This document shows positions 40,121-49,119 of a DNA stretch of 64,000 bases, one piece after another. Position numbers and translations under genes: made by a program. The notes under the pieces are model-generated. The model had not been told where the DNA came from, did not search any database, and was given only the letters and a program-made list of their open reading frames with translations. The stretch covers positions 192,001 to 256,000 of the forward strand of contig JBDLRP010000021.1 in the NCBI GenBank assembly GCA_039799905.1. Reading direction: 5' to 3'. The first letter of the stretch is position 1. Each line of letters starts with the position of its first letter. This stretch comes from Pseudomonadota bacterium (GTDB lineage: Bacteria; Bdellovibrionota_B; Oligoflexia; Silvanigrellales; Silvanigrellaceae).

Positions 40121-42418
40121 ATGGCCGAAATGAAATTTACGACCGACCTTCCGCACTGCGAATTTTTCCTCGCAAGCGAAAACGTGGGCTTTCTTATGCT
40201 CTCCGCTTCTGGAGACATCTACAGAAAGTGGCAGGGACTCACGGCTGGTGAAACGTCGATCCTGGCCGACATCGAGTGGAGCTTCAGACACTGTGACGAA
40301 GACAATTTTTCAAGCGAAGGGCAGAGCAGAACTTGGCTTTCCGCAACACGCACATGCGATTCCATCACGCGTGTCTGGAAACTCGGCTGTGGATGCTCCT
40401 TGAGTCAGGAGTGGAGTTGGCCCGCATTGTCGCAATCCGTGGAAATTAAACATCGCTGGCAGGCGACTCCACAATGCCAGCGCAAAAACTCTCGCCTGAC
40501 GCTCACTCCTCTGTGGACACTGTGTCCGGCAGGCTCTCCGCACGCAGGCGGTGCGATGGCACAAATCACAGATTCTTCCGAGCATCCGGATATTCTCACA
40601 GTTCACTCGCAAACTATTCCAAACAAAATAGAGGTGACCGCGCCTCAATTGAGAAATCAGGCCCGCGGACAATGGCAGCCGCTGAGTGAGCCGGAGCAAA
40701 TTGATCTGTGCACACAACATGATGCTGTGCGTGGCGAAAATCACTGGAGAAGTGTCATAAAAACACATCACTGCGAAGTTACGCTCAAACCCGAGCAGAC
40801 CGCAGGCGTGTGCATCCGCTTCTTAGACGGGCCCGCGCTCAGTGAACCTTTTTCCAAAACAAAATTGGTCCATCCGTTCGCTGATTTTAAAACTACGGAC
40901 AAGCACCAAGAGTGGACGCAGGCCTTTGTAAATTCACAAGTCAGCCTCAATCAGCTTGTGCGCCTGAGGAGCGACGGAACGCTAGGACTGCAAGCAGGAC
41001 TTCCATGGTTTACCCAGTTCTGGACACGCGACCTCTGCCATAGTTTTCGTGCCGCGTTCCTCTGGTCGGGCCGTTTTTCTGACGGCGAAAAACTCATCTG
41101 CGACTTGTGGATGCGCTCGAGTGCGACAATTCCCAACTACACAACTACAACAGCAACAACCAACAATAGTGCTGACGCCTTGCCATTGCTGCTCCTGACG
41201 ACCGCCGATCTGGCCGACGTCACTGGAATCACAGCATTGCTCAACGAACGCCTCAGCATTATTACAGCCCATCTGCGCGCCGGAGCTCAACTCTTTCTCA
41301 AGGGTGAGCTCTTCCGCCACGGCCCCGCAGACACTTGGATGGACGCGCAAAAAACCTCGCCGTCGGGAAAGTTGATTGCCTGCAGCCCGCGTGCAGACCG
41401 TGCGTTCGAAATTCAAGCCTTCTGGCTCGCAGCTCTGTCCCGCTGGTCAGGACTGCTGCTGAGCATCAATGGTTCAGACGATGCCGAGCTTCTTGCTAGC
41501 GCGGTGCAACGCGGAATCAAGACGCTCAGGCAATCTTTTTATTGCATAGAAAAATGCCGCTGGGCTGATCATCTACGCAGCGACGATACAAAAGAACTCA
41601 GCCTGCGACCGAACATATTTCTTGGTTTTTCCGCGCTCCAGCGAGCAGGCATTCTGTCCAAACTCATATCTGAGCAGGAGATAAATCTTGTACTGACGGA
41701 CGCGATCGATGCTGATTTGATTGTTTCTTATGGCGTCAGAACTCTCAGCCCCGATACGTCGATAAGACATCCGTTGCCGATTAACGAGCTCTTTGCCGAA
41801 GAAAGCGCCTACATTCACGAAAATAAAATCCATTTTCATCCCTATCATGAATTTGGATCGCGCAGGGGTTTGGAACATCCGGATTGGGCCTACCACAACG
41901 GAACGATCTGGCCATGGCTCAGTCATTCGGCAGCGCAATTCCTGCTCGGCAGCGAACACGCAGAGCTCGCAATGCAGCTCATGGAAACACTCATCTGGCA
42001 CTCGAACCACGGTTCTCAAGGCGGCGCACTGACAGAACTTCTGGACGGCTTGTCGAGCCATTCGCATTGGAGCTGGCCAAAAGGAGCGCCGCATCAAGCC
42101 TGGAGCGAGGCGGCTCTTATTCACATCTTCTGCGAGGAGCTGCTCGGAATCAGAATTGACAATGCGTCACGACGTCTACATTTGTGCACGCGGCACTGGC
42201 AGAAATTCTCTGAATTCAGTTTCTCTTTGAGTACGCTTCACGCAAGAATAAACATCAGTAAAAAAGCCGAAGAATGCTCGATCGCAATAATCGAATCAAT
42301 TTCACATTCGCCTGAAACAGAGATCCACGTCTCAAATTTCCAGCCTGATAAGCCAGACGTTCAACGCCTTACAATCACGGCAAACACACCTGTCAGCTTC
42401 AAAATCACTTATTCATAA
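40121..42418 (+). CDS. Glycogen debranching enzyme (amylo-alpha-1,6-glucosidase family)
   Basis: AGLPWFTQFWTRD, TWMDA, GVRTLSP, YHNGTIWPW and QAWS motifs; GAGGA before ATG 40121. Confidence 0.85.
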   Translation: MAEMKFTTDLPHCEFFLASENVGFLMLSASGDIYRKWQGLTAGETSILADIEWSFRHCDEDNFSSEGQSRTWLSATRTCDSITRVWKLGCGCSLSQEWSWPALSQSVEIKHRWQATPQCQRKNSRLTLTPLWTLCPAGSPHAGGAMAQITDSSEHPDILTVHSQTIPNKIEVTAPQLRNQARGQWQPLSEPEQIDLCTQHDAVRGENHWRSVIKTHHCEVTLKPEQTAGVCIRFLDGPALSEPFSKTKLVHPFADFKTTDKHQEWTQAFVNSQVSLNQLVRLRSDGTLGLQAGLPWFTQFWTRDLCHSFRAAFLWSGRFSDGEKLICDLWMRSSATIPNYTTTTATTNNSADALPLLLLTTADLADVTGITALLNERLSIITAHLRAGAQLFLKGELFRHGPADTWMDAQKTSPSGKLIACSPRADRAFEIQAFWLAALSRWSGLLLSINGSDDAELLASAVQRGIKTLRQSFYCIEKCRWADHLRSDDTKELSLRPNIFLGFSALQRAGILSKLISEQEINLVLTDAIDADLIVSYGVRTLSPDTSIRHPLPINELFAEESAYIHENKIHFHPYHEFGSRRGLEHPDWAYHNGTIWPWLSHSAAQFLLGSEHAELAMQLMETLIWHSNHGSQGGALTELLDGLSSHSHWSWPKGAPHQAWSEAALIHIFCEELLGIRIDNASRRLHLCTRHWQKFSEFSFSLSTLHARINISKKAEECSIAIIESISHSPETEIHVSNFQPDKPDVQRLTITANTPVSFKITYS

Positions 42419-42504
42419 GATTTGCTGCGTGCAGTCGTGGATAAATTTAGATAAAAAGCAGATGGGATTTATCTGTCTGTCGAACGCCAACAGGGAGGTC
42501 TGCG

Positions 42505-42963
42505 ATGCACCATGATCTCAACATGAACGGACTGCAAAAAGGCAGACCAATCCTTGGTGTGCTGGGCAGGCTGAGCCCACGCAGCGAACATATGGCGAAG
42601 CGGGTTCGGACTTTGTGGAACCATCTGTACAATGACGCCCGTTCGCTGTTCGTCCAGCAGGAAGTGCGGCACGTTCATCCGCGCATCGACGTGCTCGAAA
42701 ACAAAAACCTTTATGACATCCGAGTCGACCTCCCCGGAGTGGATGCTGGATCCATTGATTTGAGGACAGATGGAAAGACATTAACAGTCAAAGCTAAACG
42801 GCAATGCGGTGAGGCCGGAGATTTCAAAATGTCGCACTGTGAGCACAATATCGATATATACGAACGCGGTATTCATCTGGCAGATGATGCGATACCAGAA
42901 GAAAAATCAGCAACATTCGCAGACGGAATTCTCTCCATCAGAGTTCCGCGCAAGGCTGCATGA
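42505..42963 (+). CDS. Hsp20/alpha-crystallin family small heat-shock protein
   Basis: PRIDVLE...VDLPGV...ATFADGILSIRVPR; GGAGG RBS. Confidence 0.88.
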   Translation: MHHDLNMNGLQKGRPILGVLGRLSPRSEHMAKRVRTLWNHLYNDARSLFVQQEVRHVHPRIDVLENKNLYDIRVDLPGVDAGSIDLRTDGKTLTVKAKRQCGEAGDFKMSHCEHNIDIYERGIHLADDAIPEEKSATFADGILSIRVPRKAA

Positions 42964-42987
42964 TTGATGCACAAGGCTTCCCTAGCA

Positions 42988-44241
42988 TCACTCCAAATAC
43001 CAATACCAGTTTGATTTTGATGACTGCCATGAGCAGCCAAATGAATCAAAGTTCGCTAACTCTGAAATTCGAACTTTATCAAAAATCATATAAGAGCCGA
43101 CCTTTTGTCCCCATTGTCCACTGAAGGGTGTGCCGTCTCCCTTGATGTGGACACAATAGTATTTCGGCTCCGTATTGCGAAAGAAGAATAGAAAAGAGCG
43201 GGAATACTTTCCTTCGTTGCGGTCACGAATTTCACCAAACGACTGCGTTACCCGTCCCTGCTGAATATCCAACAAAAGCGCAAAGGCACCTTCAACAATT
43301 GCGGTGTATGGAGCCGGCACCGGCGGACGCTGGGAACCATCCGGGGGCGGTTGTCCGTTACCCCCAATAAGTCTGTCGGAGTTCAGTTGCCCTTTGCTGT
43401 TTGAAACAATCCAGTCGGCATATTGCCTGACGTCTGTGAAAACAGACAAACCATTCTCGCAGCGCGAGTAGCCCCACGAGGTCACACCCGACACAACAAG
43501 CCCGTTTGCATCAGATGTCGCAAACGCAGGACCGCCTGAGTCACCGCTGCACACGGCTTGCTCGTTATTGCTGGTCACCCTCAGCTGCTTCGAAGCAAGC
43601 AGAACTCCATTCAACGGCAGGGTGACCTTTCGCAATGTACCAGCACCGCCACCCGTGCGCTCTGAACCCGAGCCTTCGGTATAACTCAGACCAAAACCGG
43701 CCATCACGAGCGGCTCTCCGGCTGTCAGCACGAATGTTGCATTCGGAACCAGCGCAAGTGCAGTTCCCGTGGGAGCATCTTCACTCAATTCCACGAGCGC
43801 TATGTCGAATAAAGGCGCCGTTTCGCCCAACGGACGGTCGGGACTGTATTGCGGATGCGCTGAATAGCTCTGTACTGAGCGGGTCGTCAGACTTCCGGTG
43901 GTGAGCCCGAATCCAATCTTCAGACCATTGTTGTCCAATCCCGGATCCACAAAACAGTGCGCAGCCGAAAGCACCAGACGCGGGGCTATCAAAGTCCCGC
44001 TGCAGCGCATCTTGCCCGCGCTGTTCAGAAGGACAACTGTCGACGCTGCAATTGGGTCGCCCGACGTTACTTCCTGTCCACCAACAATGTATTTCCGCTG
44101 GCCATAGCTGACCCGGTCGTCTGTATCGGAGTTACTTTTCGTATTGCAAGCCAGAGAGGCAGTGCACAGAGACAGTAAACCAAACATCAACTGAACGGAG
44201 CATCGTCCCGTCGATGCCGAGGCAAACGATTTGCGATTCAT
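42988..44241 (-). CDS. Trypsin-like (S1) serine protease lipoprotein with an extra C-terminal domain
   Basis: Lipobox SLAC, IVGG, SAAHC, DIAL and GDSGGP motifs. Confidence 0.9.
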   Translation of the reverse strand: MNRKSFASASTGRCSVQLMFGLLSLCTASLACNTKSNSDTDDRVSYGQRKYIVGGQEVTSGDPIAASTVVLLNSAGKMRCSGTLIAPRLVLSAAHCFVDPGLDNNGLKIGFGLTTGSLTTRSVQSYSAHPQYSPDRPLGETAPLFDIALVELSEDAPTGTALALVPNATFVLTAGEPLVMAGFGLSYTEGSGSERTGGGAGTLRKVTLPLNGVLLASKQLRVTSNNEQAVCSGDSGGPAFATSDANGLVVSGVTSWGYSRCENGLSVFTDVRQYADWIVSNSKGQLNSDRLIGGNGQPPPDGSQRPPVPAPYTAIVEGAFALLLDIQQGRVTQSFGEIRDRNEGKYSRSFLFFFRNTEPKYYCVHIKGDGTPFSGQWGQKVGSYMIFDKVRISELANFDSFGCSWQSSKSNWYWYLE

Positions 44242-44451
44242 GATGGACTCTCCGACTCACACCAGGCCACTGCGGTGACTATCGGCATCAAGTCGCGCGG
44301 ATTCCGGAAAAATTTGCCGACTGCGGCAAACAAGATTCATTTGGATAAAAACAGAAAGTTAAAATTGTTTTAAGACACATTAGAAGCTTAAAAGTTAAAT
44401 CGCGACGCTGTTGAACGCTTGTTTCATCCACTCATCTTTGTGAGGTCTGCG

Positions 44452-45216
44452 ATGCAAAATTCTGCTGGCGTAAATGCAATTCACTGTCTGATCGGGTCTG
44501 CGGCAGTCTTCCTTCCCACTGTCGCTACAGCTGAAACACCATCTGTTTCACTTGAACCAGCTCCGGTCGAGAAGGTCTTCGTGCCGCAGGGATTCGATAA
44601 CAATGACAATACAGAGGTCATCATTCAGGGGAGATTTCCCAACGCCTGCATGAAGACTGGGCCTGTCGGTGCGAAAATTGACACTCAAAATCAAGTCATC
44701 ACTCTCAAGCCTGAGGTCTATGTCTATCGCGGTGAACCCTGCGCACAGGTGGTTGTGCCATTCACCCAACGAGTGACTTTTGGGACACTGACCGCAGGAA
44801 CCTGGAAAATAATTGTCGAGGATATGCCGGCAATCAATCCTCTGCCGCTCGAAGTCGCACGTGCGCGCAGCGCCGCACCGGACGATTTTCTCTATGCCCC
44901 AGTCGAGGAGGTCGTTCTGCTTCCTGCAGGTATTTCCAACAGGCAAAAGCTTGTCATCAGCGGAAACTGGCCACAGATTCAGGGGCGTGGTTGTTTTTCT
45001 TTAAAGGAAATACGCACACACCTTGGCGCCGACAATACTCTTGTTGTCCAGCCAATTGCCGAGCTTCTTCCAGCCGCAAGGTGCTCTTCAGGCTCAGCTC
45101 GAAAGAGAGTTTTTCAGGGCTCGGTCGTCCTGGACAAGCCACTCAACAGCGACTCACTCATACATGTCAGAACACTCAATGGAGAGTCGCTGAATAAATT
45201 TTTTGAAGGTCAGTGA
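44452..45216 (+). CDS. Exported two-domain beta-sandwich hypothetical protein
   Basis: GAGG before ATG 44452; signal peptide; internal duplication (APVEKVFVP...IQGRFPNAC / APVEEVVLL...ISGNWP). Confidence 0.7.
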   Translation: MQNSAGVNAIHCLIGSAAVFLPTVATAETPSVSLEPAPVEKVFVPQGFDNNDNTEVIIQGRFPNACMKTGPVGAKIDTQNQVITLKPEVYVYRGEPCAQVVVPFTQRVTFGTLTAGTWKIIVEDMPAINPLPLEVARARSAAPDDFLYAPVEEVVLLPAGISNRQKLVISGNWPQIQGRGCFSLKEIRTHLGADNTLVVQPIAELLPAARCSSGSARKRVFQGSVVLDKPLNSDSLIHVRTLNGESLNKFFEGQ

Positions 45217-45248
45217 ATGCATCAAACAAATCGCGGCTGGAGGCAAAT

Positions 45249-46181
45249 ATGAAGGCGGAATACAGCACAGTTACGAAGAATATCGTCTCCGTTTCATTCG
45301 CTCTTCTTACGATTTTTGCAACCGCGTGCGGTCAAAGACCTTGGTCTGCCGAGAGCGTGGAGTCGGAACTGAATATTGTTGGCGGTCAAGCGGTTGGGTC
45401 GGATGTCGATGATGCGCGCAGACTCTCCACAGTCGCTCTAACGACTGACCACCGCAGCGCAAGAAGAACGGATAATCCCCATCTTCTCAGTCAGGGGCGC
45501 TCCTTCTGCTCGGCCACAATTATCGCTCCACGAGTGTTGATGACCGCCGCGCACTGTTTGCAGGATTTCAACCCTCAGACGAATACTAAATCCTCGTCAT
45601 TTATTCTGCCCTCGACTTCTGCGTTCATCGCCTATTTCGGAACACGAGTTGCGATGCAGGGAGAATGGCTGCGTGCCGTGAATGTCATTGCCCATCCAGA
45701 ATGGAATCCTGCACTCACACTGCAGGCTGGAGGCGGTCTGCCGGCGCATGACATCGGACTTGTCATTCTTGAAAAGGATGTTCCGGCTCCCTACACACCC
45801 GTCGCCATTGCAGATGAATCACTCAGCGTCCAGGTGAGTCTGCCCGTAACGATTGTCGGATATGGTGTCACCCGCAGCCGCAGAAACAACAACACCGGCA
45901 CTCTTCGTCAGGTGACAGTGCCGCTTAAAAAGATTGACACGCATGCTCAATTGTTGGGTGTTGGCGCATTCATGCGAGGGGCTTGTGCAGGCGACTCGGG
46001 CGGCCCCATGTACATCCGCGGCGAAGATAAAAAATGGTCGGTGATTGGCGTGACATCGGCAGGAACCGAAATCTTTCAAAACTGCATTGGCTTAGACAAC
46101 ACTTTCACTGACGCACGAGCGTATAAAAAATGGATTGAGTCCTCACTGGCAGAAAATGGGCTGGCAATAAAAAATCAATGA
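45249..46181 (+). CDS. Trypsin-like (S1) serine protease lipoprotein
   Basis: GGAGG before ATG 45249; lipobox ATAC, IVGG, TAAHC, DIGL and GDSGGP motifs. Confidence 0.9.
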   Translation: MKAEYSTVTKNIVSVSFALLTIFATACGQRPWSAESVESELNIVGGQAVGSDVDDARRLSTVALTTDHRSARRTDNPHLLSQGRSFCSATIIAPRVLMTAAHCLQDFNPQTNTKSSSFILPSTSAFIAYFGTRVAMQGEWLRAVNVIAHPEWNPALTLQAGGGLPAHDIGLVILEKDVPAPYTPVAIADESLSVQVSLPVTIVGYGVTRSRRNNNTGTLRQVTVPLKKIDTHAQLLGVGAFMRGACAGDSGGPMYIRGEDKKWSVIGVTSAGTEIFQNCIGLDNTFTDARAYKKWIESSLAENGLAIKNQ

Positions 46182-46203
46182 AGAACTTGCAGCCTGAATA
46201 ACA

Positions 46204-47253
46204 TCAGGTTGACGAGCTGATACCTGCTGCCACCAGATCATGCAGGCGGAGCAAGCCAAGTGCCTTTCCGGATTCATTGATAATCGGCAGTGCATTGAGC
46301 GGACGGGGGCGGTTTTCCATCAACTGGAGTGCCTCAACCGCCAGCGTACCCGAGGGCAAAGTCACCGGCTTTGAATTCATGATGTCTGCGACAATGGCAT
46401 CAAAAACGGCCGGACCGCGTGCTTCCATGGCAGAGCGCAGATCACGCTCTGCGATAAAACCGATCAGCGAGTCTGTCTCGTCAACCACAAGCAAGGCGCC
46501 AAGAGCGCATTCTGTCATCCGCGAAACACAGCGCATAAAATTTTCGGACGGTGAAATGCGCGGAAGATAACGTCCGCCCACCATCAGATCATCCACACGC
46601 ACAAAAATTCGCTTACCGATGGCACCACCCGGATGATTCCGGGCATACGCTGAAATATCGAACAAGCGCCGCTCCATTGTTGCAGCAACCAACAATTGCC
46701 CGAGGGCAAGAGTGGTGACCGTGCTCGTCAGCGGAGCCTGCCCAAGCGGACAAGCCTCACCCTGAACCGGCATCTGCAAAACAACATCACAGTTTTGCGC
46801 CAGCGGTGAATCTGGACGAGCAGTGAAAGCGACAAGTTTGCAGCCTCGATCGCGCAACAGCGGAACAATTGCAAGCAGCTCGGCGCTGCGTCCGTTGTTG
46901 GAAATCATCAAGACCGGATCATTGCCGGCAACCGATCCCAAATCGCCATGCAGCGCTTCGGTAGGATGCAAAAAACGCGCCTGAATTCCGACACTGGCAA
47001 GCATCGAGACAAGCACTTGCGCAACGCCGCCGGACTTTCCGACAGCCACAAAATAAACCGTTTGGGTGTGGGCGGGTGATAATTTTGCAGGTTCATTCGT
47101 TTGCCTGATCCGACACCCGCAAATGAGTTCAACAACTTCGGAAAAGGCAGTTTGGAATGATTTTGAAGTGCTTAGCTGAATGCCCAATTGCTCAATACTG
47201 CGACTCATATGACCAGCACGCTGTGCAGCACTCACCAGTACATCGAGATCCAT
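46204..47253 (-). CDS. kdsD: KpsF/GutQ family arabinose-5-phosphate isomerase (SIS plus 2 CBS)
   Basis: GKSG, EALHGDLG, EACPLGQAP, HPGGAIGKR and a CBS pair. Confidence 0.88.
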   Translation of the reverse strand: MDLDVLVSAAQRAGHMSRSIEQLGIQLSTSKSFQTAFSEVVELICGCRIRQTNEPAKLSPAHTQTVYFVAVGKSGGVAQVLVSMLASVGIQARFLHPTEALHGDLGSVAGNDPVLMISNNGRSAELLAIVPLLRDRGCKLVAFTARPDSPLAQNCDVVLQMPVQGEACPLGQAPLTSTVTTLALGQLLVAATMERRLFDISAYARNHPGGAIGKRIFVRVDDLMVGGRYLPRISPSENFMRCVSRMTECALGALLVVDETDSLIGFIAERDLRSAMEARGPAVFDAIVADIMNSKPVTLPSGTLAVEALQLMENRPRPLNALPIINESGKALGLLRLHDLVAAGISSST

Positions 47254-47891
47254 CAGTGCACGTCCACCTTCACGGGCATGACAAATACACTTGCAGGAGA
47301 ACTCTCTTGTGCGCGCAGGTCCGACTCGCCTGCAACCGTATCTTCCGGATCCATTATCTGGCTACTTGGACGCAGAGGATCACGTCGTCTGCGGATCCGC
47401 TCGGCTCTCTTAGGCATCGCCTGAGAGTTGATCTCGTCGAGCATCTTGTTCGCTTCATCAAGCTGATCGTCCATCATATCGGGAGTCAAGTCGTCTATCT
47501 GCACACCGAACGCCTTTTCCACCGGACTCCCCATGTCGACACCGGCGAGGTCCTCGAGACTGCGCCACTGTGCCTCTTGAAGCGAGACAAGACGCTTTGA
47601 GAACTCCATCTGCCATGCAGCGAGTGCTTCTTGTCGTTCACAAAGTTCTTCCAAAACTCCATGAATCAGACTGAGCTGATCCTGAGTTTCGGCGAGCAGT
47701 CTCTTCAATTCCGATGGTGAAGTTTCTTTGATTGTGCGCCGTGGAGAATTTTTAAGAGGAAGTTCACGTGCGGCGTTCGCACCGGCGCGTCTGAGCGAAG
47801 CTGCAACCTGAGGCGAATCACCCGCAGGTTTTGCGGCACGCGAGCGGGCCTTGCTCTGACTCTCTGCTTTTCCTTTGCGAACTTCAGTCAT
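47253..47891 (-). CDS. Coiled-coil hypothetical protein, translationally coupled to kdsD
   Basis: TGATG overlap at 47253; heptad region. Confidence 0.65.
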   Translation of the reverse strand: MTEVRKGKAESQSKARSRAAKPAGDSPQVAASLRRAGANAARELPLKNSPRRTIKETSPSELKRLLAETQDQLSLIHGVLEELCERQEALAAWQMEFSKRLVSLQEAQWRSLEDLAGVDMGSPVEKAFGVQIDDLTPDMMDDQLDEANKMLDEINSQAMPKRAERIRRRRDPLRPSSQIMDPEDTVAGESDLRAQESSPASVFVMPVKVDVH

Positions 47892-47959
47892 TCAGCGGGA
47901 CTCCAAATGCAAAAAGACAATGCTCTCACACCATCCGAACCGACAGACCAAAGCGCAAA

Positions 47960-49021
47960 TCAGGCCTCAAGATGGGCGTCAACGACACCGTCCTTTGCCT
48001 CAGGCTGTGACATAGGTGGAGGATTCTTGTCAAAGAGAATGTTGCCGTTTTTGTTAATTGCCTCATGTTGATGCATTGCCTGCCAGAAGTTGGGATCAGG
48101 CATCACTCCCACCTCAAAGGGCGAGTTCTCGAACAGAGCCTGCTGGCCTTCAACGATGCCGTTCCTGATGTTCAGGCTGAAAGCCTGCATATCTTCGGGC
48201 GACTCTGTGAGTCCAGAAACCCGCAGGAAGATAGTGCGAATCCATCCATCTTGGCCCGCGTTCGGCGGCAGGATTGCACCTAAGACCGCAGCCTCTATGC
48301 TGGAGTTGGCTGCCAGAGCATCGGCTGCATGGGCACGCTGCTCCGCTGTAAAGACGTCCGGAGGGAAGGCAACCTGCATTTGACCGTCTCCACCGCCAGC
48401 CTCTGCGCCCTGTTCAGGATTGCCGGCCGCAATTTGAACCGGACTATTGGCGGTTTGAGGAACAATGCCCATGGCGAGTTGGCGGTATTCGACCTTGTTC
48501 AGAATAATGAAGGGGGCGCTGCCAGGGTTGACGACAATGACTTCGGCCGGACTCGGCTCGAGAAGTTTGAAGATGTCCTGCCCCTTGACGGACACATATT
48601 GACCGCCGTCAGGACGCCAGCGCCGTGCGGCAGCTCCGCTTGTGAATGCTGCGGCAAAGGGCGTCCCTGCTGAATTCTGAAGAATTGCGACGGTCATATT
48701 CTGACCATCTTCACCCGCCGCTGGTGCAGCGTTGGGATCCGGCTCGGCGAGTGCGAGGAGAAGCTCGGAGAAAAGTAATTCCTGATAAACTTTTCTGCGG
48801 CTGTCAGGGGTATCGTTACGTGCATTCTCGACCATGGCCAACTCAAGATACTCTGCTGCCTTGGGTTCACCTGATTCCTGACCAGATTCTTGTGCGGTAC
48901 TTGCTCCGACGTCGGAGTTTTGCGCCGGAACAGCCGACTGTGCCGTCGAGGCAGCAGCCGAGTTCGCTGGAGTTTTCGCCGATTCCGCTTCACGCTTGCC
49001 GAACAATTTCTTGAGAACCAT
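47960..49021 (-). CDS. SseB family protein
   Basis: YQELLFSELLL...AAAFTSGAAARRW...IVVNPGS, with a C-terminal SseB_C-like half; GAGG before ATG 49021. Confidence 0.75.
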   Translation of the reverse strand: MVLKKLFGKREAESAKTPANSAAASTAQSAVPAQNSDVGASTAQESGQESGEPKAAEYLELAMVENARNDTPDSRRKVYQELLFSELLLALAEPDPNAAPAAGEDGQNMTVAILQNSAGTPFAAAFTSGAAARRWRPDGGQYVSVKGQDIFKLLEPSPAEVIVVNPGSAPFIILNKVEYRQLAMGIVPQTANSPVQIAAGNPEQGAEAGGGDGQMQVAFPPDVFTAEQRAHAADALAANSSIEAAVLGAILPPNAGQDGWIRTIFLRVSGLTESPEDMQAFSLNIRNGIVEGQQALFENSPFEVGVMPDPNFWQAMHQHEAINKNGNILFDKNPPPMSQPEAKDGVVDAHLEA

Positions 49022-49119
49022 AAACGCCTCTTGGATAAGCAGAGCCAAAACCACTTGTAAACTGCACCGAAGAAGGATGCCCCGAAGAGGTAGCCTTTGC
49101 AAGCAATCTGCAAGTCAGT

